The notes beneath the pieces were generated by a model. The model saw only the letters and a list, made by a program, of their open reading frames with translations. It ran no database searches and had not been told where the DNA came from. A program made the translations under genes and the position numbers. A stretch of DNA of 64,000 bases, from NCBI GenBank assembly GCA_902591665.1, contig CACJBO010000003.1, positions 41,129-105,128 on the forward strand, given 5' to 3'. Each line of letters opens with the position of its first letter. The stretch's first letter is position 1. This DNA is from an uncultured SAR86 cluster bacterium. Its GTDB lineage: Bacteria > Pseudomonadota > Gammaproteobacteria > Magnimaribacterales > D2472. Below are positions 18,713 through 26,755 of the stretch, one piece after another.

Positions 18713-19594
18713 CTAAGCTTTAGTATTTACAGAATTAACATACCCTTTTTTATTTGAATTAGAAAGATAAATGCCAATTAGCACAATAAGACATCCAATG
18801 ATAATAGTTGGCGTAATAACTTCATCTAAAAATATAGCGCCCCAAATAATACCGAAGACCGGAAGAAAATATGCAACAGTTGAGGTTTTTACAGCACCAA
18901 TCTTATCAATTAATCTTACATATCCTATAAAACCTAAACCAGTTGAAATAGCTCCTAGCCAAATAGCAGATGATATGGCAGCTGTTGAAGGTATTGATGA
19001 TGGTAGATAAAAAATAGTTACAGGCAACATAATTACAGCACTAAATATAATCGACCACCCTATCAAAACCATTTTATTAGCATTAACAGAATTCTTTTGT
19101 ATATAGACTGTAGAAAACGAATAGAAAAAAGCAGCCAGTAAAGCAGACAAGCTTGAGATTAAAGTAGTATTAGAATTTTGAGGGTTTACAAGAATGAATA
19201 CACCAATAAAACCAATTACTAAACCACATAACTGTTTTAGAGTAACATCCTCACCTATCCACAGATAGGCAATCATCATGGTATTAAATGCTGTAGTTGC
19301 ATTTAGTATAGCTAGAATATTTGAATCAGCACCAAAACTTGCATACGAAAATAAAGTAAAAGGAATAGCATTGTTCATTACTGCTAAAACCAAAACTTGT
19401 TTCCATATTGGTTTTAGAAGATGAATATATTTATTTCTTAAAAGAATGGGTAAGAAAATTAAGGAAGCTATTATTAATCTTGAGTTAACTAAAGCAACAG
19501 GTCCAAACTCAGGAGTGGCAACTTTAATAAACATGAAAGCGCTTCCCCAAAGAGCGCCTAAAAAAGTTAATAGTATCCAGTATCTTACTTCCAT
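18713..19594 (-). CDS. DMT superfamily (EamA-type) transporter
   Basis: 293 aa and about 10 TM. It has two EamA repeats (LGALWGSAFMFIK... and a second half). Confidence 0.85.
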   Translation of the reverse strand: MEVRYWILLTFLGALWGSAFMFIKVATPEFGPVALVNSRLIIASLIFLPILLRNKYIHLLKPIWKQVLVLAVMNNAIPFTLFSYASFGADSNILAILNATTAFNTMMIAYLWIGEDVTLKQLCGLVIGFIGVFILVNPQNSNTTLISSLSALLAAFFYSFSTVYIQKNSVNANKMVLIGWSIIFSAVIMLPVTIFYLPSSIPSTAAISSAIWLGAISTGLGFIGYVRLIDKIGAVKTSTVAYFLPVFGIIWGAIFLDEVITPTIIIGCLIVLIGIYLSNSNKKGYVNSVNTKA

Positions 19595-19605
19595 ATTAAA
19601 AAGAT

Positions 19606-19632
19606 AAAAAAACCCCCAAGTAAACTTGGGGG
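19606..19632 (-). terminator. rho-independent terminator (minus strand) 11 nt upstream of the DMT start codon
   Basis: The minus strand reads CCCCCAAG-UUUA-CUUGGGGG followed by UUUUUU. This is a perfect 8-bp GC-rich stem. Confidence 0.75.
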
Positions 19633-19873
19633 TTATAAAGATCTAGTTTAATTGCAACTGCAATTTAGAACTAGTCGAAAACTTACAGATTACCTCGTGT
19701 CAAAAGGTGAATCCTCCGTTTCCTGTTATTAAATAAATACTAATAGGACCACCTCCATGTTCAGGGTAATAATATAAATGCTAAACAGTCCCCTTAAAAA
19801 ACCACTTAACAAGACACCCTCTTAAATTATATACAGAAAAAAACCTAAATAAAGAAATTTTTTTTTATTAAAA
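19633..19873 (-). promoter_or_regulatory. structured non-coding region, either the 3' UTR of the SOS-controlled ORF or the 5' leader of the DMT transporter gene
   Basis: No ORF longer than 10 codons. Perfect TATAAT on the minus strand at 19827-19832. Hairpins include 19643-19674 (CTAGTT..AATTGC-loop-GCAATT..AACTAG). A 9-codon mini-ORF MEVVLLVFI lies at 19729-19758. Confidence 0.35.
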
Positions 19874-20086
19874 TTAGAATGAAAATTCCATTTGAGCCTT
19901 TGGCTCAATAGAGTCTGAAGTAACGACTTTATTATTAATTTCACTATTAATAAATTTATCTAGTTCATTAATATCATTATTAAAATATTCAAATGCTAAA
20001 GTTCTTTTAATTGAAGGTTTATCACATGATGAAAGATATCTTTCAATAATAGGATCTAGGTTATTTAATTTTATTACGTAATTCAT
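19874..20086 (-). CDS. hypothetical 70-aa soluble protein under a LexA-box promoter
   Basis: The ORF has no recognisable motifs and is acidic, N-rich and without a TM segment. Its ATG lies 9 nt after a TAAAAT -10 element that overlaps a LexA box. Confidence 0.55.
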   Translation of the reverse strand: MNYVIKLNNLDPIIERYLSSCDKPSIKRTLAFEYFNNDINELDKFINSEINNKVVTSDSIEPKAQMEFSF

Positions 20087-20095
20087 AATGATTTT

Positions 20096-20124
20096 ATTTT
20101 ACTGTATAAATATACAGTATGCAA
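20096..20124 (-). promoter_or_regulatory. sigma70-type promoter (TTGCAT-N17-TAAAAT) for the 70-aa ORF
   Basis: On the minus strand the -35 TTGCAT is at 20124-20119 and the -10 TAAAAT at 20101-20096. The 17-nt spacer is the core of the LexA box. The -10 lies only 9 nt from the ATG, so the mRNA would be near-leaderless. Confidence 0.6.
20100..20119. promoter_or_regulatory. LexA (SOS) box
   Basis: TACTGTATAAATATACAGTA is a perfect CTGT-N8-ACAG palindrome. It matches the gammaproteobacterial consensus TACTGTATATATATACAGTA at 19/20 positions. Confidence 0.8.
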
Positions 20125-20131
20125 TAAATAT

Positions 20132-20707
20132 TTAGTCTTCGTGAACTTTATAAAGCCTTCTTTGTTGAAGTAAATTGAACAGCATCATTAAAAATATGAT
20201 AAAAGCGACAGAACCAAGCACATCACCAATAAAAAATCTTGCAATTACTTCAACTCCAATATTCACTCCATTGATCATAGAAAGAATCAAGTTAGTAAAT
20301 ATAGAATTAAATAAAGCAGATATGATAATTACAAAAATAAGGAATTTGTAATTAGCAAAATTTACCTTTTTTAGAATGTTGTAATTGAAGGTAGAAACCC
20401 TAGACCACTTTACAATTTCTACAGCAACTACTATTGATAATAAGGATGAAATACTTGCAACAGTCCAGTAATCTAAATATTGATCACCCCATACAAGTGT
20501 TGGCCCAGTTATTTCAGCTGCATAAAGTGCTGGTAGTGACCTTGCTCCAAAGAAACAATAGAATATAACTCTACAACCATGAGGTAAATAAACCAAGCTA
20601 CCAATCCACCCTTTGTCTAGAGTAGCAAAAGTAATGGACGACCATAAGGTATAAACTAACATTGTTGCTATATAGGTGATTAGAGATACCTGAATAAAAT
20701 ACTTCAT
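20132..20707 (-). CDS. 5-TM membrane protein, paralog 1 (possibly a MASE1-like stand-alone sensor module)
   Basis: 191 aa with about 5 predicted TM segments. It shares SL.YLPHGC+VIF.CFF, AEIVKW, NYKF..FVII.SALFNSIFTNL and ARF..GD..GS blocks with the ORF at 21062-21649. Confidence 0.6.
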   Translation of the reverse strand: MKYFIQVSLITYIATMLVYTLWSSITFATLDKGWIGSLVYLPHGCRVIFYCFFGARSLPALYAAEITGPTLVWGDQYLDYWTVASISSLLSIVVAVEIVKWSRVSTFNYNILKKVNFANYKFLIFVIIISALFNSIFTNLILSMINGVNIGVEVIARFFIGDVLGSVAFIIFLMMLFNLLQQRRLYKVHED

Positions 20708-20732
20708 ATATTTAAAAGTTTTTTAGATTAAA

Positions 20733-21032
20733 TTAAACTGTAATTAAATCTAAAAAAACCTCTCTTTTATCAGCGTGTGACTGAATAAGTCTGACCATTT
20801 TTTTGTCCTCAAAAGCTTTAATAGCTTTATAGACTGTGGATCTTGAAAAGCCTGATGATTCTATGACATCAGAAATATTACATTTACCATTATTATGAAC
20901 TTCATAAGCAATGGTGTAATAAATTTTTTTTTCAGTTTCATTAAATGCAACAAGATTTAAATCTCGATCAAGATTTTGAAGCATCTGCATTAAATTGGCG
21001 AGTTGTTCAATATATGTTTTAGACATAAACAT
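20733..21032 (-). CDS. small MarR-like winged-helix DNA-binding protein
   Basis: 99 aa. ISDVIESSGFSRSTVYKAIKAFEDKKMVRLIQSHADKREVFLDL fits the MarR HTH-wing pattern (..S.stv...i..Le.kg.v.r......D+R). The usual C-terminal dimerisation helix is absent. Confidence 0.55.
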   Translation of the reverse strand: MFMSKTYIEQLANLMQMLQNLDRDLNLVAFNETEKKIYYTIAYEVHNNGKCNISDVIESSGFSRSTVYKAIKAFEDKKMVRLIQSHADKREVFLDLITV

Positions 21033-21061
21033 AATATATAACTGATTTTATAAATAAACAA

Positions 21062-21649
21062 CTACTGATTTTGTTCTTTATTCTTTTGGGTTATCAACAA
21101 TTTTAATGCTATTACAACGAACAAGATGAATAACAATGATCCGATAATATCACCTGCGTAAAATCTTGCTATAACCCCAACATCAATTGGAATTTGATTA
21201 AGTTGTGATAAGACAAGATTAGTAAAAATTGAATTAAAGAGTGCTGACAGTATTATGACAAATACTATAAATTTATAATTAATGAAATTAATCTCCAAGA
21301 AAATATCTGATGGTTTAAAATTTGCAATTTGAGTCCACTTTACTATCTCAGCAGCAAATAACACAGATAAAATTGATGTGATGCTTCCTACATACATATA
21401 AACCATCTGAGTATTTGGCCACTCTAATAGTTGACCAGTGAGCTCAGCTAAAAATAATGCTGGAACTGCTTTATATCTAAAAAAACAGATAAATATTACC
21501 TTGCAACCGTGTGGCAAATAAGCAAGACTACCAACCCAGGCTTGAGGGTTTTGCTGAGTTAATCCTGACCAAAAAGAAAAAACAAAGACAGTTATAAAAT
21601 ATACAGTTACAGAAATGGCTAAAAAATTTTTTAATTTAGTCTTCGTCAT
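21062..21649 (-). CDS. 5-TM membrane protein, paralog 2
   Basis: 195 aa. By eye it is roughly 45-50% identical to the ORF at 20132-20707, with the same conserved blocks. Confidence 0.6.
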   Translation of the reverse strand: MTKTKLKNFLAISVTVYFITVFVFSFWSGLTQQNPQAWVGSLAYLPHGCKVIFICFFRYKAVPALFLAELTGQLLEWPNTQMVYMYVGSITSILSVLFAAEIVKWTQIANFKPSDIFLEINFINYKFIVFVIILSALFNSIFTNLVLSQLNQIPIDVGVIARFYAGDIIGSLLFILFVVIALKLLITQKNKEQNQ

Positions 21650-21698
21650 TTATGAATCATATAAGCCATCGAATGCTTATACAACAATAAAATAAATT

Positions 21699-21788
21699 TG
21701 GCGGAGAGACGGGGATTCGAACCCCGGAACCAGTTACCCAGTTACTACCTTTCCAAGGTAGCGCAATCGACCACTCTGCCATCTCTCC
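21699..21788 (-). tRNA. tRNA-Ser (anticodon GGA)
   Basis: 90 nt. The minus strand reads GGAGAGATGGCAGAGTGG...ctacc-ttGGAaa-ggtag, with a long variable arm, T-loop TTCGAAT and CCA. Confidence 0.95.
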
Positions 21789-21821
21789 GGAAATGCATTC
21801 TACAATACTTTAATATAAATT

Positions 21822-22541
21822 TTATTGATTGAATGCTCTGAAATTTTTAAAAAATAAAATCTTTTTTGATGATCTAATTGGATTAATATCTATGCCGCCC
21901 CTTCTTAAGAATCTTCCGCAAACTTCAATATTTTCATTAGGAAACTTTTTATTCAGTTTAGAAAAAATATTCTCAATACACTGTTCGTGGAATTCGCCGC
22001 TTTCTTTGAATGATGATAATAATGTTCTTAGCCACTTAGTTTCAATTTTTGTGGAAGATAAAATATAAATTTTTGCAAAATCAGGTTGCGAAGTTACAGG
22101 ACAAATTGAACGAAAACCATCAAAACAAATTGGATAATTTTTTTTAGTGTATTTTCTTTTTGTAGTATTTAAATTTAATGACTTAGGTTCAACCTGAAAT
22201 TTTTTTATAAATTTTAATTCAATTTTTGCTGTGGATACTTTAGAAAGGTCTTTTTTAATTTTTTGCAATACATCAGTATCACTTGAAAAAGTTTTTTTAT
22301 AAAAAGAATTTAAATAAAGCTTAAGAGATTTTGATTCTATGATGAATGAAGAAGATACAGGTATTTTTATCTCTAATACTTTTAATGTTGGTTGTTTATT
22401 CAAATCTAAATAACTAAACTCATATGCATTCCAAAAATCATAACCATGACTTTCTGAACTCCTAATTCGTTCGATTGGATCAAGAATCTTATAACCGGTA
22501 AGTGGCTTAGTTTTATTTTTTCCAAGGTGTTTTGTTTTCAT
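21822..22541 (-). CDS. queF: NADPH-dependent 7-cyano-7-deazaguanine (preQ0) reductase, bimodular type
   Basis: 239 aa. QueF motif ESKSLKLYLNSF, catalytic Cys context SICPVTSQPDF, and EFHEQC. Its start overlaps the upstream stop (ATGA). Confidence 0.85.
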   Translation of the reverse strand: MKTKHLGKNKTKPLTGYKILDPIERIRSSESHGYDFWNAYEFSYLDLNKQPTLKVLEIKIPVSSSFIIESKSLKLYLNSFYKKTFSSDTDVLQKIKKDLSKVSTAKIELKFIKKFQVEPKSLNLNTTKRKYTKKNYPICFDGFRSICPVTSQPDFAKIYILSSTKIETKWLRTLLSSFKESGEFHEQCIENIFSKLNKKFPNENIEVCGRFLRRGGIDINPIRSSKKILFFKNFRAFNQ

Positions 22542-23323
22542 TGTCTGATTCCTGTTCCTTTTTTAAGTAAATATAAACACGATACAGAGAGTACTAATAT
22601 AAAAGTTATTATCATCCCTAAAGAAAATGAAATTGAAACATCGCTTACACCTAACATACCCTCTCTAAAAGTATTCACAACATACAGCATTGGATTTGCC
22701 ATAGAGACAGACCTCCAAACATCAGGAAGAATATTGATTGAGTAAAAAACACCGCCCAAATAAATTAAAGGTGTCAAAATAAAAGTTGGAATAATTGAAA
22801 TATCATCAAAGCTATCTGCAAAAACTGCATTAATAAAACCCATCAATGAAAATAATATAGATGTTAAAAATAATACTGTTACTGTTAGCAAGGGATTGGC
22901 AACTGTGAAATCTGGATAAAATAACAAACTTACACCAAAAACAATTATTCCAATTAACACTCCCCTGCACACGCCTCCAAGAACAAATCCAAGAAGAATG
23001 GTCCAATTAGGCATAGGTGAGATTAACAACTCCTCAATTGATTTTTGAAATTTAACAGAATAAAAAGATGACACTACATTGTTATAAGAATTTGTAATAA
23101 CTGAAAGCATAATTAATCCAGGTATCATGTACTGAATGTAATCAAAGCCATCCATTGAACCAATTCTTGGCCCAATTAATGAACCAAATATTACAAAATA
23201 CAAAGACATGGTAACTGCAGGAGGAACAAGAGTTTGGACCCATATTCTCAAGAACCTTCGAACCTCTTTAACAGTTAAGGTCCAAAGAGACACTGTTACA
23301 TTAAAATTAGTTTTCATTAGCAT
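22538..23323 (-). CDS. ABC-2 type transporter permease (YadH-like)
   Basis: 261 aa and 6 TM, with the typical ABC-2 architecture. It overlaps the ATPase gene by 17 nt. Confidence 0.85.
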   Translation of the reverse strand: MLMKTNFNVTVSLWTLTVKEVRRFLRIWVQTLVPPAVTMSLYFVIFGSLIGPRIGSMDGFDYIQYMIPGLIMLSVITNSYNNVVSSFYSVKFQKSIEELLISPMPNWTILLGFVLGGVCRGVLIGIIVFGVSLLFYPDFTVANPLLTVTVLFLTSILFSLMGFINAVFADSFDDISIIPTFILTPLIYLGGVFYSINILPDVWRSVSMANPMLYVVNTFREGMLGVSDVSISFSLGMIITFILVLSVSCLYLLKKGTGIRQ

Positions 23324-24230
23324 TAACCATTTCTATAAACAGCTCTTCAAGTCTATTTGCTTCATTTCTCATTGATTTTATTTTTATATTTAGTTTTGTA
23401 AGTTCAGAAAAAAGAGCATTGATTGATCTATCTTTATTAACAGCAGCAACTAGGGTCAAAGGGTCCTCTAATTTTAATGGGAAGCCTTCAATTACTGGTG
23501 CCTCTTCAAGCGGTTGATCTAAATCAAAAACAAATCCCTGTACATTAAGAGTTCCTAACAAATCTTTCATGCTTGTATTTGCAACTATAGTTCCTTTATC
23601 TATGATGCCAATATTCCTACACAATTGTTCAGCCTCTTCAAGATAGTGTGTAGTTAAAATAATAGTTGTGCCATTTTTGTTTATTTCTTTTAAAAAAGAC
23701 CACATCTCTCTTCTTAATTCAATATCAACACCTGCTGTTGGCTCATCTAAAATTAAAAGTTGTGGCTCATGTATTAATGCTTTTGCGATCATTAACCTTC
23801 TTTTATAGCCACCTGATAAGGTTCTAGCTTGATCGTTTCGCTTATCCCATAAGCTTAATCTTTTAAGAATATTTTCAACTTTTGGCATTGCAATAGATTT
23901 TGGTATTCCGTAGAACCCAGCTTGGGTTACTACTATATCTAAAACTTTTTCAAATTGAGAAAAGTTAATTTCCTGAGATACAACCCCCAACATTGATTTT
24001 GCTTTATTTAAATCAGTATCTATATCATTACCAAAAACAGAGACCTTTCCAGCACTCTTTGTAACAAGCGATCCTATTATTCCAATAGTCGAAGACTTAC
24101 CAGCTCCATTAGGGCCTAGCAAAGCATAAAAATCTCCTTTTTGAACTTTTAAATTAATACCTTTTAAAGCAACAACATTGTTGTCATATACTTTTTGTAA
24201 GTTATTAATCTCAAGAGCGTATTCAGCCAT
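23307..24230 (-). CDS. ABC transporter ATP-binding protein (YadG-like)
   Basis: Walker A GPNGAGKSS, signature LSGGYKRR, Walker B LLILDEPT. Confidence 0.9.
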   Translation of the reverse strand: MAEYALEINNLQKVYDNNVVALKGINLKVQKGDFYALLGPNGAGKSSTIGIIGSLVTKSAGKVSVFGNDIDTDLNKAKSMLGVVSQEINFSQFEKVLDIVVTQAGFYGIPKSIAMPKVENILKRLSLWDKRNDQARTLSGGYKRRLMIAKALIHEPQLLILDEPTAGVDIELRREMWSFLKEINKNGTTIILTTHYLEEAEQLCRNIGIIDKGTIVANTSMKDLLGTLNVQGFVFDLDQPLEEAPVIEGFPLKLEDPLTLVAAVNKDRSINALFSELTKLNIKIKSMRNEANRLEELFIEMVNANEN

Positions 24231-25563
24231 TTTCTATATCTTTATTATCAACCAATGCATAACTCAAGAGCAGACCGATCAATATTCCTAACCACATATA
24301 TTCTCCACCGAAAGCAATCAAAACTGCAGTAACTAGAGATACTGCTTTTTCAGAATTTTTGGTGGCAAGTGACATAGCAATATATGAGCATGCAAGGCCG
24401 GTTAAAATTAGAGTTACACCCAATGCAACAATCATTAGTGGTTCCATGACATCAATAAATGGAACTACAAAAAATAAAAAAGGAATTCCCATTAAGTAAT
24501 ATGAGTGAATACCATCAAACAATGAATCCATAGCTTCTTTACCTTGTTTCCATCTTTCGATTACTACAACATGAACACCAGTCCATAAGGCGCCTTGAGT
24601 GGGAAAAAAAGGATTAACTATGGCTCCTATTGCATTTCTAATGCCCACACTGTTATGCGATCTATTAATATCTATATCTATTATTTCATCTGGTCTTTTT
24701 TCTTGACCCTCTTTAATAACTTCTATGCCTGTAACAAAATCACCAAACAATAATAAATAACCAATTATCACCAGAGGCAAAACTTCTAAATACATCTCAG
24801 TTGGCGGGAAGCCAATTGATAATGGTGAAGTTTGAGAATATACATCTCCAACTGCTGGTACAGCCAAACCCCATTCTATACTCCAACTAATTTCACCAGT
24901 GATGTAACCTACAATTGCTGCAACTATAAAACCAGGTAACAAGCCCAAGGATCCAATAAGAGCAAGAATTTTATTATTTTGGGCCAATCTTTTAAAAGGC
25001 TCTGAAAATGTTGTAATAGTACATATTAATAAAGCAGAGATCATAGATACTGGCGCGTTACCAATATATCTTTCAAAATCACTGAAGAAAATTTGATAAA
25101 ACGCAGCTAAAGCAGCTCCTAAAATAATTCCAGATTTAAGTCCGTTTGGAACCTTTTCTACAATTAGTTTACCAATACCTGTTATACCTAAAATCAAGAC
25201 TAGAAGAGTGAACTCAATTGCCATTGCAGACATGTAATGAAATGTCTCAACTTGATAAACTCCATTAAACATACCCTTTGTCATAAAAAACCCTATTACT
25301 AATGGTAAAGCTGGGGTTATCCAGCCAGCAGCCATTGGTTCACCAAAAATAATGGGGCTTGAGGTAATTAAAAAACTCGCTATAAAACAAGCAGCAATCG
25401 CCTCATCTAAAGATAATCCCAGTGCCATTCCAACGGGTGCAGCCGCAAGTGCAGTAGCTCCGGATATGACTAAACCTTGCAAAAATTCTGCAGTTAATAG
25501 TTTGGTGTGTATGAAGGGAATCCTTAATGTAAATGGGCCCCATTTTATTCCGTTTTTATTCAT
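24223..25563 (-). CDS. polytopic inner-membrane protein, family not recognised (putative permease)
   Basis: 446 aa with at least 10 hydrophobic segments. It is translationally coupled (8-nt overlap) to the ABC ATPase gene. Confidence 0.55.
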   Translation of the reverse strand: MNKNGIKWGPFTLRIPFIHTKLLTAEFLQGLVISGATALAAAPVGMALGLSLDEAIAACFIASFLITSSPIIFGEPMAAGWITPALPLVIGFFMTKGMFNGVYQVETFHYMSAMAIEFTLLVLILGITGIGKLIVEKVPNGLKSGIILGAALAAFYQIFFSDFERYIGNAPVSMISALLICTITTFSEPFKRLAQNNKILALIGSLGLLPGFIVAAIVGYITGEISWSIEWGLAVPAVGDVYSQTSPLSIGFPPTEMYLEVLPLVIIGYLLLFGDFVTGIEVIKEGQEKRPDEIIDIDINRSHNSVGIRNAIGAIVNPFFPTQGALWTGVHVVVIERWKQGKEAMDSLFDGIHSYYLMGIPFLFFVVPFIDVMEPLMIVALGVTLILTGLACSYIAMSLATKNSEKAVSLVTAVLIAFGGEYMWLGILIGLLLSYALVDNKDIENG

Positions 25564-25579
25564 ATTATTTCCCCTATAA

Positions 25580-26755
25580 TTACTTTGATAATTCAGCCAT
25601 TCCCTCTTCTAAACCTTTTAGTGTTAGGGGATACATTCTATTATCAAATAAATCTCTTAAAATGCATACTGACGATGTGTAGTCCCAGTGATCATCAGGA
25701 ACAGGGTTTAGCCATGCCATATTATCAAAATGTTCTGACAACCTTTTAATCCAAACGTGACCAGCTTCTTCATTCCAATGTTCAATACTACCACCAGGAT
25801 TTGTTATCTCATATGGCGCCATGGTCGCATCTCCAACAACAATAACTTTATAATCTGAAGAATATTTATTAATCATATCTTGAACTAAAAATCGTTCTTG
25901 TGATCGTCTTAAGTTATCTTTCCAAACAGATTCATAAATACAATTATGAAAATAATAATACTCTAGATGTTTAAACTCAGTCTTGATAGCTGAAAATAAT
26001 TCTTCACATAACTTTATATATGGATCCATTGAACCACCAACATCAAAAAGTACTAAAACTTTTACAGTGTTCGATCTTTCTGGGACCATATGTATGTCTA
26101 AATATCCTGCATTTTTGGCGGTAGACTTTATTGTGCCATCCATATCAAGTTCCAAATCATTACCTTGACGGGCAAATTTTCGAAGTCTTCTTAGGGCCAT
26201 CTTAATATCTCTTATCCCAATAATTATTGAGTCATCTAAATTACTATATTGTCTTTGTTCCCAAACTTTGACTGCACTTTTTTGACCGCCCTCTCCACCA
26301 ACTCTTATGCCTTCAGGATTTTGACCTCCATGTCCAAATGGAGATGTACCATTGGTACCAACCCATTTATTACCGCCCTCATGTCTTTCTTTTTGTTCTT
26401 CTAATCTTTTTTTAAATTCTTCAAGTAACTTATCCAAACCACCAAGTGATTTAATTTTCTTTAACTCTTCCGGATCTAACTCCTTTTCAAAGGCCTTTCT
26501 TAACCAATCTTCAGGAATTAAAGCTTGGAAAATATCTTCAAGCTTTTCTATACCTTTAAAATAAATATCAAATGCTTTATCAAATTTATCGTAATGTTTT
26601 TCGTCTTTGACCAAAATCGCTCTAGATAAATAATAAAAATCATCAATATTTGCATAAACTAATTGTTTTTCTAATGCCCCTAACAAATCAAGCAACTCTC
26701 TAAGAGTACAAGGCACTCCAGAAGATCTAACTGTTTGAAAGAGATTAATTAACAT
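25580..26755 (-). CDS. VWA domain protein, CoxE-like
   Basis: 391 aa. C-terminal VWA with the MIDAS-like VLFDVGGSM motif. Its start abuts the stop of the MoxR-type ATPase gene. Confidence 0.8.
   Translation of the reverse strand: MLINLFQTVRSSGVPCTLRELLDLLGALEKQLVYANIDDFYYLSRAILVKDEKHYDKFDKAFDIYFKGIEKLEDIFQALIPEDWLRKAFEKELDPEELKKIKSLGGLDKLLEEFKKRLEEQKERHEGGNKWVGTNGTSPFGHGGQNPEGIRVGGEGGQKSAVKVWEQRQYSNLDDSIIIGIRDIKMALRRLRKFARQGNDLELDMDGTIKSTAKNAGYLDIHMVPERSNTVKVLVLFDVGGSMDPYIKLCEELFSAIKTEFKHLEYYYFHNCIYESVWKDNLRRSQERFLVQDMINKYSSDYKVIVVGDATMAPYEITNPGGSIEHWNEEAGHVWIKRLSEHFDNMAWLNPVPDDHWDYTSSVCILRDLFDNRMYPLTLKGLEEGMAELSK

Noticed and set aside
19633-19873. Assignment of the leader to a known riboswitch class (TPP, glycine, purine, preQ1, fluoride, guanidine I-III, SAM-II/V, ZTP, cobalamin).
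   Set aside because: It has a GGGUG...ACCCUGAAC arrangement superficially like TPP but lacks the invariant CUGAGA. None of the other class-defining conserved cores I can recall is present. It is left as an unclassified structured region.
19595-21698. Integration island at the 3' end of tRNA-Ser(GGA).
   Set aside because: I could find no integrase or recombinase and no direct repeat of the tRNA 3' end (…GATTCGAACCCCG…) near 19600-19870. The hypothesis is unsupported, although the gene content is unusual.
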